A stretch of 63,547 nt of DNA, filler included, from an uncultured Acidimicrobiia bacterium (GTDB lineage Bacteria > Actinomycetota > Acidimicrobiia > Spongiisociales > JAOTWH01): assembly GCA_964347285.1 (NCBI GenBank). It is 3 parts of 3 records of this genome, joined end to end, with 100 filler letters (N's around TTAATTAATTAA, not from the genome) between each part and the next. Parts side by side here need not be neighbours in the genome. Positions count along the whole stretch, not along the records: positions 1 to 24,337 come from CAYFYE010000032.1; 2 more parts are not named here. One strand, written 5' to 3'. Position numbers and translations under genes: made by a program. Of the stretch, positions 11,552-22,726 are shown in pieces. Below the pieces are notes generated by a model. That model did not search any database and was not told the origin of the DNA. It was given only the letters and a program-made list of their open reading frames with translations. Numbering within the stretch: the stretch's first letter is position 1; each line of letters starts with the position of its first letter.

Positions 11552-12085
11552 GTGACCGACGATCGCATCGGCGGGTACGCCGCCGGCATCCTCAGTATTG
11601 CCCGAGCGGAGGGGGACCCGGAACGCGTCTCGAATGAGCTGTTCCGGGTGGCCCGCTCCATCGAGGAGTCGCACGAACTGCGCGACGCTCTCACCGACCC
11701 GCGCCTTCCTGCCGAACGAAAATCGGGGATCATCAACGACCTGTTGGGGGAGCGCTCCTCGCCCCTGGTGACGGGCCTCGTGGCCTTCATCGTGAACTCG
11801 GGGAGAGGACCCGAGCTTGCGGCGATCGTCGATCGGCTGGCCGAGCAAGCCGCAGCCGAGCGGGGCCGGGCAGTGGCCGAGGTCCGGTCGGCGATCGAGT
11901 TGGACGACGGTACGGTTTCCCGGCTCGAAGAGGCCCTGAGCCGGGCCACCGGACGGACTGTCGAAGCCCGGGTCATCGTCGATCCGACCGTGCTCGGCGG
12001 AGTCCGGGCCCGCATTGGAGACACGATCATCGACGGCACGGTGCGGGGCCGTCTCGAGTCGTTGCGTGAGAAGATCGAGGTATGA
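11552..12085 (+). CDS. atpH: ATP synthase F1 subunit delta
   Basis: VDPTVLGGVRARIGDTIIDGTV; GTG at 11552. Confidence 0.93.
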   Translation: MTDDRIGGYAAGILSIARAEGDPERVSNELFRVARSIEESHELRDALTDPRLPAERKSGIINDLLGERSSPLVTGLVAFIVNSGRGPELAAIVDRLAEQAAAERGRAVAEVRSAIELDDGTVSRLEEALSRATGRTVEARVIVDPTVLGGVRARIGDTIIDGTVRGRLESLREKIEV

Positions 12086-12088
12086 GAA

Positions 12089-13618
12089 ATGGCTGAGCAG
12101 ACCATCAACACCGAAGAAATCACTGCGGCGCTGCGCGCCAACCTCGAGGGATGGTCGCCCACGCTCGAGGCGGAAACGGTCGGCTACGTCACCGCCGTCG
12201 GCGACGGCGTGGCCCGGGTCGCCGGTCTTCCCAATGCAATGGCTTCGGAGATGCTGGAGTTCCCGGGTGGCCTCCTCGGCATCGCCCTCAACCTGGACGA
12301 GGACTCGATCGGCGCGGTGATCATGGGCGAGGCGTCCCATATCCAGGAGGGCGATCCGGTCAAGGCCACCGGCCGAGTGCTGTCGGTTCCAGTGGGGGAT
12401 GCGATGCTGGGACGGGTAGTGGATCCGCTCGGCAACCCGCTCGACGGCAAGGGGCCCATCGAGACCGGCGAACGGCGGCTCCTGGAGGTGCAGGCGCCCA
12501 CCGTCGTCGATCGCCGGCCTGTCCACCAACCCCTCCAGACCGGCATCAAGGCGATCGATGCAATGACCCCCATCGGCCGGGGTCAGCGGGAGCTGATCAT
12601 CGGCGACCGGCAGACCGGGAAGACCGCCATCGTGGTCGACACGATCATCAACCAGCGCGACACGGATGTGAAGTGCATCTACGTCGCCATCGGGCAGAAA
12701 GCCTCCACGGTGGCCGAGGTCGTGGATTCCCTCGAGGAGGAAGGGGCGATGGAGTACACCGTCGTCGTCAATGCCCCGGCTTCGGCTCCGGCGGCCCTGC
12801 AGATGTACGCCCCCTATGCCGGTTCGGCCATCGGCCAGCACTGGATGTACAACGGCGGCCACGCCCTGGTGATCTTCGACGACCTTTCCAAGCAGGCGGT
12901 GGCCTACCGGGAAATCTCGCTCCTGCTGCGTCGCCCTCCGGGGCGCGAGGCGTACCCGGGCGACGTGTTCTACCTGCACAGCCGGCTCCTGGAGCGGTGC
13001 GCCAAGCTGTCCGATGAGCACGGCGGCGGATCGCTGACCGGGCTCCCCATCGTGGAGACCAAAGCGGGAGACGTATCGGCCTACATCCCCACCAACGTCA
13101 TCTCGATCACCGACGGCCAGATCTACCTGGAAACCGACCTGTTCTATTCGGGGGTCCGTCCGGCCATGAACGCCGGTATTTCGGTGTCACGGGTCGGAGG
13201 CAACGCCCAGGTCAAAGCGATGAAGTCGGTCGCCGGGCCGCTCCGCATCAATCTGGCCCAGTTCCGCGAGCTGGAGGCGTTTGCCGAGTTCGGCTCGGAG
13301 CTCGATGCCGCCAGCCAGGCTCAGCTGGAGCGGGGGCGGCGGGTGGTCGAGGTCCTCAAGCAGCCCCAGTTCGTACCGGTTCCGGTGGAGGAGCAGGTGG
13401 TCGCCATCTATGCCGTCACCAATGGCTTCATGGACGAAGTCCCGGTGGAGGAGGTGCAACGGTTCGAGGCCGAGTTGCGCGACTACTTCCGGACCCGGCA
13501 CCCCGGTCTTCTGACCCACATTGCCGAAACCGGCGATTTGCCGGACGCCGACGAGATCGAAGCGGCGGCGCGGGACTTTGCCGACTCGTTCACCTCGTCG
13601 CTGGCGGCCCGGGAGTAG
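12089..13618 (+). CDS. atpA: ATP synthase F1 subunit alpha
   Basis: [31 protein letters not shown]. Confidence 0.98.
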   Translation: MAEQTINTEEITAALRANLEGWSPTLEAETVGYVTAVGDGVARVAGLPNAMASEMLEFPGGLLGIALNLDEDSIGAVIMGEASHIQEGDPVKATGRVLSVPVGDAMLGRVVDPLGNPLDGKGPIETGERRLLEVQAPTVVDRRPVHQPLQTGIKAIDAMTPIGRGQRELIIGDRQTGKTAIVVDTIINQRDTDVKCIYVAIGQKASTVAEVVDSLEEEGAMEYTVVVNAPASAPAALQMYAPYAGSAIGQHWMYNGGHALVIFDDLSKQAVAYREISLLLRRPPGREAYPGDVFYLHSRLLERCAKLSDEHGGGSLTGLPIVETKAGDVSAYIPTNVISITDGQIYLETDLFYSGVRPAMNAGISVSRVGGNAQVKAMKSVAGPLRINLAQFRELEAFAEFGSELDAASQAQLERGRRVVEVLKQPQFVPVPVEEQVVAIYAVTNGFMDEVPVEEVQRFEAELRDYFRTRHPGLLTHIAETGDLPDADEIEAAARDFADSFTSSLAARE

Positions 13619-13624
13619 CCGTCG

Positions 13625-14515
13625 ATGCCGAGTGCCGAGCTTCGCCAGATCCGGAGGCGGATCCGCAGCGTCCACTCCACCAAGAAGATCACCTCGGCCA
13701 TGGAGCTGATCGCCGCCTCGCGGATCGTACGGGCCCAGGCACGGGTCGAGGCCTCGCAGCCTTACACGGCCAAATTGGGAGAGGTGATTGCCAACGTGGC
13801 GGCGGCCTCGGGCGGCGCCTCCCACCCTCTGCTGGAGCGCCGCAGCGGGGGAGCTTCCGGGATCCTGGCAGTGACCTCCGACCGTGGCCTGGCCGGAGCC
13901 TATAACACGAACGTCATCCGGCTGGCCGAGAGCAGGCTCATCGAGCTCGGCCGAAGCGGGGTTCCGACCCGGATGTACGTGGTGGGCCGGAAGGCGCAGA
14001 GCTACTTCCGCTACCGCGGTTACCAGATCGAGCGAGTCTTCTTGGGCGTCACCGACACTCCCGGCTACGGCGACGCCCGAGCCATCGCCAACATCGTCAT
14101 CAACGAATTCGCCGAAGGGGCCATCGACTCGGTGGAGGCCTATACGACTCGTTACGTGTCGGCCCTCACCCAACCCGCAGTGCGTTGGCCGGTGCTTCCC
14201 ATCGAGCCTCCGGAGGTCGGAGCGGAGGCGGCCACCGGGTCGGAGCCGGCGGTGGGCTACAACTACGAGCCGTCGCCGGAGGAGATCCTCGACCGGCTGT
14301 TGCCCCGCTACGTCGAGGCGACGGTGTTCGGAATGCTCTTGGAGGCTTCCGCATCGGAGCATGCCGCCCGCCGTCGGGCCATGAAGGCGGCCACCGAGAA
14401 CGCCGAGGAGCTGACCAAGGTGCTCTCCCGGAAGGCCAATCAGGCCCGCCAGGCCGAGATCACCACCGAGATTTCCGAGATCGTGGGCGGAGCCGAGGCG
14501 CTCACCCAGGGATAG
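13625..14515 (+). CDS. atpG: ATP synthase F1 subunit gamma
   Basis: TKKITSAMELIAAS, SDRGLAG, RQAEITTEISEIVGGA. Confidence 0.97.
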   Translation: MPSAELRQIRRRIRSVHSTKKITSAMELIAASRIVRAQARVEASQPYTAKLGEVIANVAAASGGASHPLLERRSGGASGILAVTSDRGLAGAYNTNVIRLAESRLIELGRSGVPTRMYVVGRKAQSYFRYRGYQIERVFLGVTDTPGYGDARAIANIVINEFAEGAIDSVEAYTTRYVSALTQPAVRWPVLPIEPPEVGAEAATGSEPAVGYNYEPSPEEILDRLLPRYVEATVFGMLLEASASEHAARRRAMKAATENAEELTKVLSRKANQARQAEITTEISEIVGGAEALTQG

Positions 14516-14518
14516 TAA

Positions 14519-15937
<1,419 letters not shown>

Positions 15938-15942
15938 GAGTC

Positions 15943-16296
15943 ATGGCCAAGCCGTTTCGCGTCGATGTGGTCACCCCCGAGGCCGTCGTGTGGTCGGGAG
16001 AGGCCGACTTCGTATCGGCCCGTACGACGGAGGGTGACATCGGGGTGCTGGCCGACCACGAGCCGACGATGGCGGCGCTGGGGACCGGTACCGCAGTCGT
16101 GCATCACGGCAACGAACGGACCACGATTGCCGTGCACGGTGGGTTCCTCCAGATCTTCCGCAACCAGGTGACGCTGCTCTCCGATCGGGCCGAGGTGTCC
16201 GAGGAGGGCGCCGAGGCGGCGTTCGAGCTGGCCCAGGAGCTGCGGGCGGCCGAGGAGGAACCCGGCGACGAGGCGACAGAGCCGGCCGGAGCCTGA
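15943..16296 (+). CDS. atpC: ATP synthase F1 subunit epsilon
   Basis: VDVVTPE, GDIGVLADH, VHGGFL. Confidence 0.94.
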   Translation: MAKPFRVDVVTPEAVVWSGEADFVSARTTEGDIGVLADHEPTMAALGTGTAVVHHGNERTTIAVHGGFLQIFRNQVTLLSDRAEVSEEGAEAAFELAQELRAAEEEPGDEATEPAGA

Positions 16297-16301
16297 GCCG
16301 A

Positions 16302-16580
16302 ATGGCCGATGTGCGGATCGAGGTACTCGGGGGCGACGACTACCGCGTCGAGATCACCGAAGGGGGAACCGCCACCACCCATCGGGTCACGGTCACCGCC
16401 GAGGATCTGGCCACCTACGGCGGAGGCACCGATGCGATCCGCCTTCTCGAAGAGTCCTTCTTCTTCCTGCTCGAGCGAGAGCCCAAGGAGTCGATCCTGG
16501 GCCGCTTCGAGCTCCCGGTCATCGCCCGGTACTTCCCCGAGTACCCCGAGGAGATCCGGAAGCGACTCGCGAGAGGGTGA
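16302..16580 (+). CDS. Small hypothetical protein
   Basis: ATG 5 nt after the atpC stop; protein-like sequence with SFFFLLEREPKESIL..F.L.VIARYFPEY. Confidence 0.75.
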   Translation: MADVRIEVLGGDDYRVEITEGGTATTHRVTVTAEDLATYGGGTDAIRLLEESFFFLLEREPKESILGRFELPVIARYFPEYPEEIRKRLARG

Positions 16581-16601
16581 CGGAGGAAGCGAGGAAGTGC
16601 C

Positions 16602-16895
16602 CTGAGGACCGACAACGCTGACGGCAACGGCCCGACGGAGGCTGCCCGCCGGGCCTTTCGCCGCGAGGGTCTGCAGCCCCGTTCTTGGTCGAACGGTCCC
16701 GGATACCGCTACGCCGACCACTCCCACCCTTATCACAAAGTCCTCTACTGCGTGGCGGGTTCGATCACCTTTCGCACCCCGCACGGCGAAGTACGACTAG
16801 GGCCGGGAGACCGACTCGATGTGCCGGCGGGCACTCCCCACGCCGCCGTCGTTGGACCGGGCGGGGTGACGTGTCTGGAGGCGGCCCGGGACTGA
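16602..16895 (+). CDS. Cupin-domain protein (absent from the ORF track; probable CTG start)
   Basis: Manual translation WSNGPGYRYADHSHPYHKVLYCVAGSITF..LGPGDRLDVPAGTPHAA matches the two cupin motifs (HxH...G and PGD..VPAGxxH). Confidence 0.75.
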   Translation: MRTDNADGNGPTEAARRAFRREGLQPRSWSNGPGYRYADHSHPYHKVLYCVAGSITFRTPHGEVRLGPGDRLDVPAGTPHAAVVGPGGVTCLEAARD

Positions 16896-16899
16896 CGGG

Positions 16900-17334
16900 C
16901 TAGGCGGCGAATCCGGCGGCGAACTCCTCGACATGATCGGGAAAGCCGTCGCCGATCACCCTGGCGACGGCGGGGAAGAACAGGAACGCCAGGGGACCCT
17001 TGGGCTCGATATCCATGGAGACCACCAGATCGGTGTCCTGCACTCCCTCGAGCTCGGCACGCAGTTCGCCCCCGACGTCTCCGGCGTCCAGGACCAGCAC
17101 CATGAGCCGGGGGGGCAACGATTCCACTGCGGTGGCGCTTCCCTCGATCAAGCGTCCTCCGGCGCGGGCGCTCCACCGGTACCCGAGGAGGGCCCCCTCG
17201 CCGTCGGTACGGGCATCCCACACTCGGTCGACGGGCCCGAGCCCGGCCCACGTGTCGGGGAGCTGGAGCCGCTGCCATACGACCGTGCACGGCGCAGAGA
17301 TGGTCACGTGGTGCGAGAATGAGGCCGAGGGCAC
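16900..17334 (-). CDS. SRPBCC/CoxG-like ligand-binding protein
   Basis: FSHHVTISAP..VWQRL N-terminus and a C-terminal amphipathic helix, typical of SRPBCC. Confidence 0.7.
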   Translation of the reverse strand: MPSASFSHHVTISAPCTVVWQRLQLPDTWAGLGPVDRVWDARTDGEGALLGYRWSARAGGRLIEGSATAVESLPPRLMVLVLDAGDVGGELRAELEGVQDTDLVVSMDIEPKGPLAFLFFPAVARVIGDGFPDHVEEFAAGFAA

Positions 17335-17388
17335 CAGGAGGAGGCTAGCCGCGGTGCGTTGGGGCCTCCCTGGTATTCTCTGGCGCTC

Positions 17389-18678
17389 ATGCGCAGGCGT
17401 TTCGTGCTCTCGCTGCTGGCGGGGGACCTGGTGGCGTTGGGGATGGGCATGCTCATCGCCTCGGCGGCCGTCTTCGAGACCCCCTGGTTCTGGCGCGCCC
17501 CCGTTCCCTCGGGAGAGTCGATCTGGCCTCTGGTGACCCTCCTCGTCGGCGGCGTGCTGATCGGCTCGTGGATGAGCCTACGGATGTGGGCGGCGGGAGT
17601 TCCCCGCCCCTCCTTCGGCCGAGCCTTAGCCATCGTGGGTACATCGCTGGCGACCGCCCTCATCGGTATCGCGGTGGGAAGGATCTACTTCTCCCGTTGG
17701 TTCCTGGCGATCACGATCGGAGTCGGCTTGGTCGGTGCCGTCGCCCATCGTCTTTATAGGCGGGTACGCCGTCCCTGGGTGGAGCCGATGGTGCTCGTCA
17801 CCGCCGAAAAGGGTCTGGTGGAGGATCTCCACGATGCGCCCCACACCGAAATCCTGGCGGTCTACGACCCGGCTGCTCTCCCGCCGGCCGAGCCTCTGGC
17901 CGACAAGACCGAGCTGGTGCTCGACCTGCGCTCGGTGCTCTCCGACCCGATGGCGCAATGGGTGTCTTCGTGCAACCTGGCCGGATCCCCGACGAGGTCG
18001 CTGGCCGATGTCTACGAGGAGCACACCGGGAGGCTGGCGATGGTGCACCTCAACGAGGGCTGGGAAGTGGCCACCCCGGTGTCTCGCAACTCCGAATACG
18101 TGGCCCCCAAGCGGATCGTCGAGGTGGGGTTGGTGCTCCTGACCGCACCGCTGTGGCTGTTGTTGGGGGCGCTCATCTGGCTGGCCATCCGCATCGACTC
18201 TCCCGGTCCGGCCATCTACCGCCAGGAGCGGGTGGGCCGGGGCGGCGTGCTGTTCATGCTGTACAAGTTCCGGACGATGGTCGCCGACGCCGATCGCCAC
18301 GGGCCTCGTTTCACGTCGACGAGCGACGATCGTCTCACCAGGGTGGGTCGGTTGCTCCGCCGGTTTCGACTCGACGAGATTCCCCAGCTCTGGAACGTGC
18401 TCAAGGGCGACGTCTCTCTGGTGGGTCCGCGGCCCGAGCAGAAGGTCTTCGTCGAGCATTTCTCCGCCACGATTCCCTTCTACGCCTATCGGCATTTGGT
18501 ACGGCCGGGCATCACCGGGTGGGCGCAGGTGAACTACGGCTACGCCGACGACGAGGCCGACACCGTCGACAAGCTCACCTACGACCTCTACTACCTCAAG
18601 CACATGTCCCCCTGGCTCGACCTGCGCATCCTCGGCCAGAGCCTCTGGACGGTCCTCTCCGGCTTCGGCGCCCAGTAA
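17389..18678 (+). CDS. Priming polyprenyl glycosylphosphotransferase (WcaJ/CpsE-like sugar transferase)
   Basis: Four N-terminal transmembrane helices; YKFRTM, RLDEIPQLWNVLKGDVSLVGPRPE, RPGITGWAQV. Confidence 0.93.
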   Translation: MRRRFVLSLLAGDLVALGMGMLIASAAVFETPWFWRAPVPSGESIWPLVTLLVGGVLIGSWMSLRMWAAGVPRPSFGRALAIVGTSLATALIGIAVGRIYFSRWFLAITIGVGLVGAVAHRLYRRVRRPWVEPMVLVTAEKGLVEDLHDAPHTEILAVYDPAALPPAEPLADKTELVLDLRSVLSDPMAQWVSSCNLAGSPTRSLADVYEEHTGRLAMVHLNEGWEVATPVSRNSEYVAPKRIVEVGLVLLTAPLWLLLGALIWLAIRIDSPGPAIYRQERVGRGGVLFMLYKFRTMVADADRHGPRFTSTSDDRLTRVGRLLRRFRLDEIPQLWNVLKGDVSLVGPRPEQKVFVEHFSATIPFYAYRHLVRPGITGWAQVNYGYADDEADTVDKLTYDLYYLKHMSPWLDLRILGQSLWTVLSGFGAQ

Positions 18679-18718
18679 CACCCCCGCCGATCGTCTGCGG
18701 GTACAGTGGCGCGGCTCC

Positions 18719-20983
18719 ATGCGGCGCCCTGGCACGATCCTTCTCCTGGTGGTTCTGCTCGCCTGGCCGGTCACTCCGGTCCGGGCGGCGACCTCGACGT
18801 ACGCCGACGCCGGTCCCAACTTCAACGAATCTCGCGGCTGCGGTGCGGGAGCAGTCGGCGGACGCCAACCCGAGGGTTCGCGCTCGGGACTCCTACCGGC
18901 CGGCGAGCCCGTGTACGGGCCGTGGGGGGCCTTCTTCGGGCGAAACCAGGCCCAGATCGAGGCCTCGCTGGTGAACTGGGAGGTGCCGATGAGCGGGGGG
19001 CAGACGGTCAGGGTGCACGCTCGCTCCCTCCCTGCCTTCCAACAGGTCACCGCCAATCTGGCGGTGGCGGCGGCCCGAGCCCTCTTCTATCGGGTCGAGG
19101 ACCTGTTCGGGTGGGTGCGGCGCACGGTGGGAGGCCGCACCCGCATCTCGCACCATTTCTTCGGAAATGCCGTCGACATCAACCCGCCCCGCAACCCGTT
19201 TCAGGCGGACGGCACCCTGATCACCGACCTACCGCAGTGGTACGTCGACGCCTGGACGGCCGCCGGATTCTGTTGGGGCGGGGACTGGACCACCGCCAAG
19301 GACCCCATGCACTTCTCGTGGATGGGCCCGCTGGCCGCAGCCGGCTACGGGCCCCGGCCTTCGCCCTACCCGCCGATGACGGCTTCCGCCGACTTCGACC
19401 TGACCGCATTCGACGGATCCGTCGCCTTTGGGGGGCCCGGCGATCCGCAGGGAGAACAGCGGCGGTACGCCCCGGCCGATCGCAGCGGGGACAGCTCGGA
19501 CGATCTCTACTCGCTCCGCCGCGCCGGCGGTGGCCTGGTGGTCGAGGCGGCCGGCTCTCGATTCGATTTCACCATCGTCGGATGGAGGGTCCACACGTCA
19601 CTGGCCGCTGATCCCGACCAGGCGGTGTTGGTCGATCTGGACGGCGATTCCCGTGCCGACCTGGGGATCGTGGACGACGCCAACGGCTCGATGACCGTGT
19701 ACTCCAACGCCTCCGATTTCGAGGAGGTCATCGGGTCGCTCCCGGTGCCGGCCGGTTCCGGGATCGAAACCGCCTTCGGGTACTACGACGACGACTGGGC
19801 GCCCGATCTACTGGCAATCCGGCGTGGCAATCCCACCAGGATCGAGGTGTACCTCGCCGCTTCCGGGTACCGAGACGTGGCGGCGGCCGCCGACCTGGCC
19901 GCGGTCGACAGCGCGGATCCGGGCAGCTGGGCTTTTGCGGTCGGGGACTACGACGTCGACGGTGTCGCCGACGTCTACGCCGTCGAGAAGTCGGCGGGGG
20001 CCCGGGTGGTGATTGCCCGGGGCGCCGCCGGTTATGCAGCTGCGACCACCGTCGCCACCGGGCTGAGCATCGGGAGGGGGACGTCGGTCGCACTGGGAGA
20101 CTACGACGGGGACGGGCGGGACGATCTCTACCTCCTGGACCGAGGCCGTCTACGTATCCAGCTCGGCGGTGTCCGCGCGCTCGGTGAGGACTTCACCTCC
20201 TGGTTCCTCCCCGACGATCCCTGGCCGTGGGACGCCGGACCGCAGTGCCGCGGACCCCGTCCCTGCGACCAGATCGGCTTCGTCGGTAGCTCCGCCCGGT
20301 GGAACTTGAAGGAGGCGGTGGCGTCCGAGGCGGAGGACACCGAGTTCTTCTTCGGCAATCCTGGGGATGTGCCGTTCACGGGCGATTGGGACTGTGACGG
20401 GGTGGACACCCCGGGCCTCTACCGCCAATCGGACGGCTATGTCTACCTGCGCAACGACAACGGCCAGGGCGTCGCCGATGTCCGGTTCTACTTCGGAAAT
20501 CCGGGCGACGTGCCCGTGGCCGGCGATTTCAACGGGGACGGCTGCGACACCGTGTCCCTGTACCGGGCCGACCAGGGCCGCTTCTTCATCATCGACCGCC
20601 TGGGAAGCGACGACCTCGGCCTGGGGGCCGCCGAACGCACCTTCCTCTTCGGAAACCCGGGCGACAAGCCTTTCGCGGGTGATTTCGATGGAAACGGCAT
20701 CGACGATGTGGGCCTGCACCGAGAATCGACCGGTTTGGTGTACTACCGCCTCTCCCACTCCTCGGGTCCGGCCGACGTTTCCTTCATCTACGGAGATCCG
20801 GGAGATCGCCTGCTGGCCGGCGACTGGGACGGGGACGGGGCCGACACGGTGGCCGTGTTCCGCCCGTCCGACGGCAACTGGTACGTCAAGCTGGCCAACG
20901 CCGACGGTATCGCCGACCACGCCGTCCATTACGGAACCAGCTCGGTGACACCAGTGGCCGGGTGGTTCGGTACCCCCGAATAG
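18719..20983 (+). CDS. Secreted M15-family metallopeptidase with FG-GAP/VCBS-like beta-propeller repeats
   Basis: Signal peptide; SHHFFGNAVDIN and WGGDW..DPMHF Zn motifs; multiple GD(W/F/Y)DGDG repeats. Confidence 0.8.
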   Translation: MRRPGTILLLVVLLAWPVTPVRAATSTYADAGPNFNESRGCGAGAVGGRQPEGSRSGLLPAGEPVYGPWGAFFGRNQAQIEASLVNWEVPMSGGQTVRVHARSLPAFQQVTANLAVAAARALFYRVEDLFGWVRRTVGGRTRISHHFFGNAVDINPPRNPFQADGTLITDLPQWYVDAWTAAGFCWGGDWTTAKDPMHFSWMGPLAAAGYGPRPSPYPPMTASADFDLTAFDGSVAFGGPGDPQGEQRRYAPADRSGDSSDDLYSLRRAGGGLVVEAAGSRFDFTIVGWRVHTSLAADPDQAVLVDLDGDSRADLGIVDDANGSMTVYSNASDFEEVIGSLPVPAGSGIETAFGYYDDDWAPDLLAIRRGNPTRIEVYLAASGYRDVAAAADLAAVDSADPGSWAFAVGDYDVDGVADVYAVEKSAGARVVIARGAAGYAAATTVATGLSIGRGTSVALGDYDGDGRDDLYLLDRGRLRIQLGGVRALGEDFTSWFLPDDPWPWDAGPQCRGPRPCDQIGFVGSSARWNLKEAVASEAEDTEFFFGNPGDVPFTGDWDCDGVDTPGLYRQSDGYVYLRNDNGQGVADVRFYFGNPGDVPVAGDFNGDGCDTVSLYRADQGRFFIIDRLGSDDLGLGAAERTFLFGNPGDKPFAGDFDGNGIDDVGLHRESTGLVYYRLSHSSGPADVSFIYGDPGDRLLAGDWDGDGADTVAVFRPSDGNWYVKLANADGIADHAVHYGTSSVTPVAGWFGTPE

Positions 20984-21052
20984 GTCGGATCGAGCCGGGT
21001 CGGGCGTCCCGGTAGCCTGACCGCCCATGTTGGAAAAGGCGGGGCCGCTGCG

Positions 21053-22726
21053 ATGAAGGCGCCGGTGTGGCTGCGGAAGCTGATCCGGCCCTTCGTACCC
21101 GAGCGGCTCATGACTCGGCTGCGCCTCCACGAATACTCCCGTCAGGTCCGCGTCAACATCGATGTGGTGGTCGACGACGAAGCGGCGGCCCGTCGATGGC
21201 TGGACGCCACGCCCGACACCTACCGGGTTCGGCCGTCGGCCTCGTTCGGCCCGACCCCGGATTTCGAGACGGCCACGATCCCGCTTCCAAAGGATTACAT
21301 GCCCGTCGGGGAGGTGGTGGTGCTGGCCGGAGCCGATACCCCCCGACACGTCACCGAGCGGGCGGCCCGCCCCCTCGGCGCCCCGGGCATTGCCGCGGCC
21401 GCGGTCGCCCAGGCCCGGCCTCCCCACCTCGGGAGTCGTCGAACCGAGCCCCGGGTGGCCCCGGTGGCTGTGGCGGTGCGGAGGGAAGCGTGGATCGAGA
21501 GCGGGGGTCCGCCCAACGGGGCCTGGACTCTGCCGGGCTTGTGGGATCGGCTCCGAGCAACCGGCAGGCCCCTGGGGCTGGTGCCGGTGCCGGGAGAGGG
21601 AGCTCCGGTGGACCGCACCGATCCGATTGCGGCGAAAGGAGTGATCATCCTGGGGGTGGTCCCCATGCACGACGTCGGTGGAGGGAGCAGAGCGGCCCAG
21701 GTGGCGCTCGAGCTGGTGCGGCGCGGCTACCACGTCACCCATGTCGCCCTGCATGGGACCGCCGAGTCTGTTGACCTCGGCATCCGGTTCATCCATCCCC
21801 ACCTCGAGCAGATTCGGGCCGATGAGCTGGACGTCGATCGATACGTCGGTCGTCTCCGGCCCGATGAACGGCTGGCCATCGTCGAGGTGCCCGCCGCCCG
21901 CTATTTGGATCCGGCCCGCCGTCTGCGGGCCGCCGGATTCCACGTCGTATACGACCTCATCGACGACTGGACCTCGCCGGCGTTGGGAGGTCGTTGGTAC
22001 CGGCCCGAAGAAGAGCAAGCCATGGTCGAGGCGGCCGATTCGCTCACGGCATCGGCGCCCGATCTGGCGGCCATGCTGGCGGGGACGGGTCGGCAGGTCA
22101 CCGTGGTGCCCAACGCCGTCGATACCACCACCTTCACCGGTGATCCGGGGGCTCCGCCTCCCGACCTGCCGATGGGCGAGAGGACACTCCTCGGCTACCA
22201 CGGCTCGCTGTACGGGGAATGGTTCGACTGGGAATCCCTCGCCGACGTTGCCGGAATGGCCGGAGTGCACGTGGTGCTCATCGGCGACCCTCCCGAACGT
22301 CACCCGCCGCTGCCTCCCAACGTGACCTTTCTCGGGCTCAAGCCACGCCATGAGCTCCCCGCCTACGTGTCTCGCTTCGATGTCGGTCTGGTGCCGTTCG
22401 AGATCTCGGAAGTGACTCACTCGGTCAGCCCGCTCAAGGTGTTCGAGTATCTGGCGATGGGAGTGCCGGTGGCGGCTCCTCCGCTGCGCACCCTCGAGGG
22501 TCTGGACGGGGTGTATACCGCCGAGCGGCTGATCCTCGCCGTCGAAGGAGCCCTAACGGCTCCCCGACCCGACCCTGCTCCGGTGCTGTCCCACCATTCG
22601 TGGGGGGCCCGGCTCGAGGATCTCTTTGCAGCGGCAGGACGGCACCTCGCCCCGATTCGGGAGGATGGAGCCGAGATCGTGCTACGCCCGGTCGTCCACT
22701 ATCGGCGCGACGAGCGTCGCCCGTGA
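21053..22726 (+). CDS. GT-B (family 4-like) glycosyltransferase
   Basis: YDLIDDW, VVPNAVD, GYHGSL, DVGLVPF, SPLKVFEYLAMGVPV. Confidence 0.85.
   Translation: MKAPVWLRKLIRPFVPERLMTRLRLHEYSRQVRVNIDVVVDDEAAARRWLDATPDTYRVRPSASFGPTPDFETATIPLPKDYMPVGEVVVLAGADTPRHVTERAARPLGAPGIAAAAVAQARPPHLGSRRTEPRVAPVAVAVRREAWIESGGPPNGAWTLPGLWDRLRATGRPLGLVPVPGEGAPVDRTDPIAAKGVIILGVVPMHDVGGGSRAAQVALELVRRGYHVTHVALHGTAESVDLGIRFIHPHLEQIRADELDVDRYVGRLRPDERLAIVEVPAARYLDPARRLRAAGFHVVYDLIDDWTSPALGGRWYRPEEEQAMVEAADSLTASAPDLAAMLAGTGRQVTVVPNAVDTTTFTGDPGAPPPDLPMGERTLLGYHGSLYGEWFDWESLADVAGMAGVHVVLIGDPPERHPPLPPNVTFLGLKPRHELPAYVSRFDVGLVPFEISEVTHSVSPLKVFEYLAMGVPVAAPPLRTLEGLDGVYTAERLILAVEGALTAPRPDPAPVLSHHSWGARLEDLFAAAGRHLAPIREDGAEIVLRPVVHYRRDERRP

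Noticed and set aside
16578..16580. Selenocysteine read-through at the TGA before the cupin
   Set aside because: No evident SECIS hairpin, and the position is an inter-domain linker rather than a Cys-equivalent site.
20340..20880. Regularly spaced repeats resembling a CRISPR array
   Set aside because: Degenerate, in-frame protein repeats; no invariant repeat-spacer structure and no cas genes.
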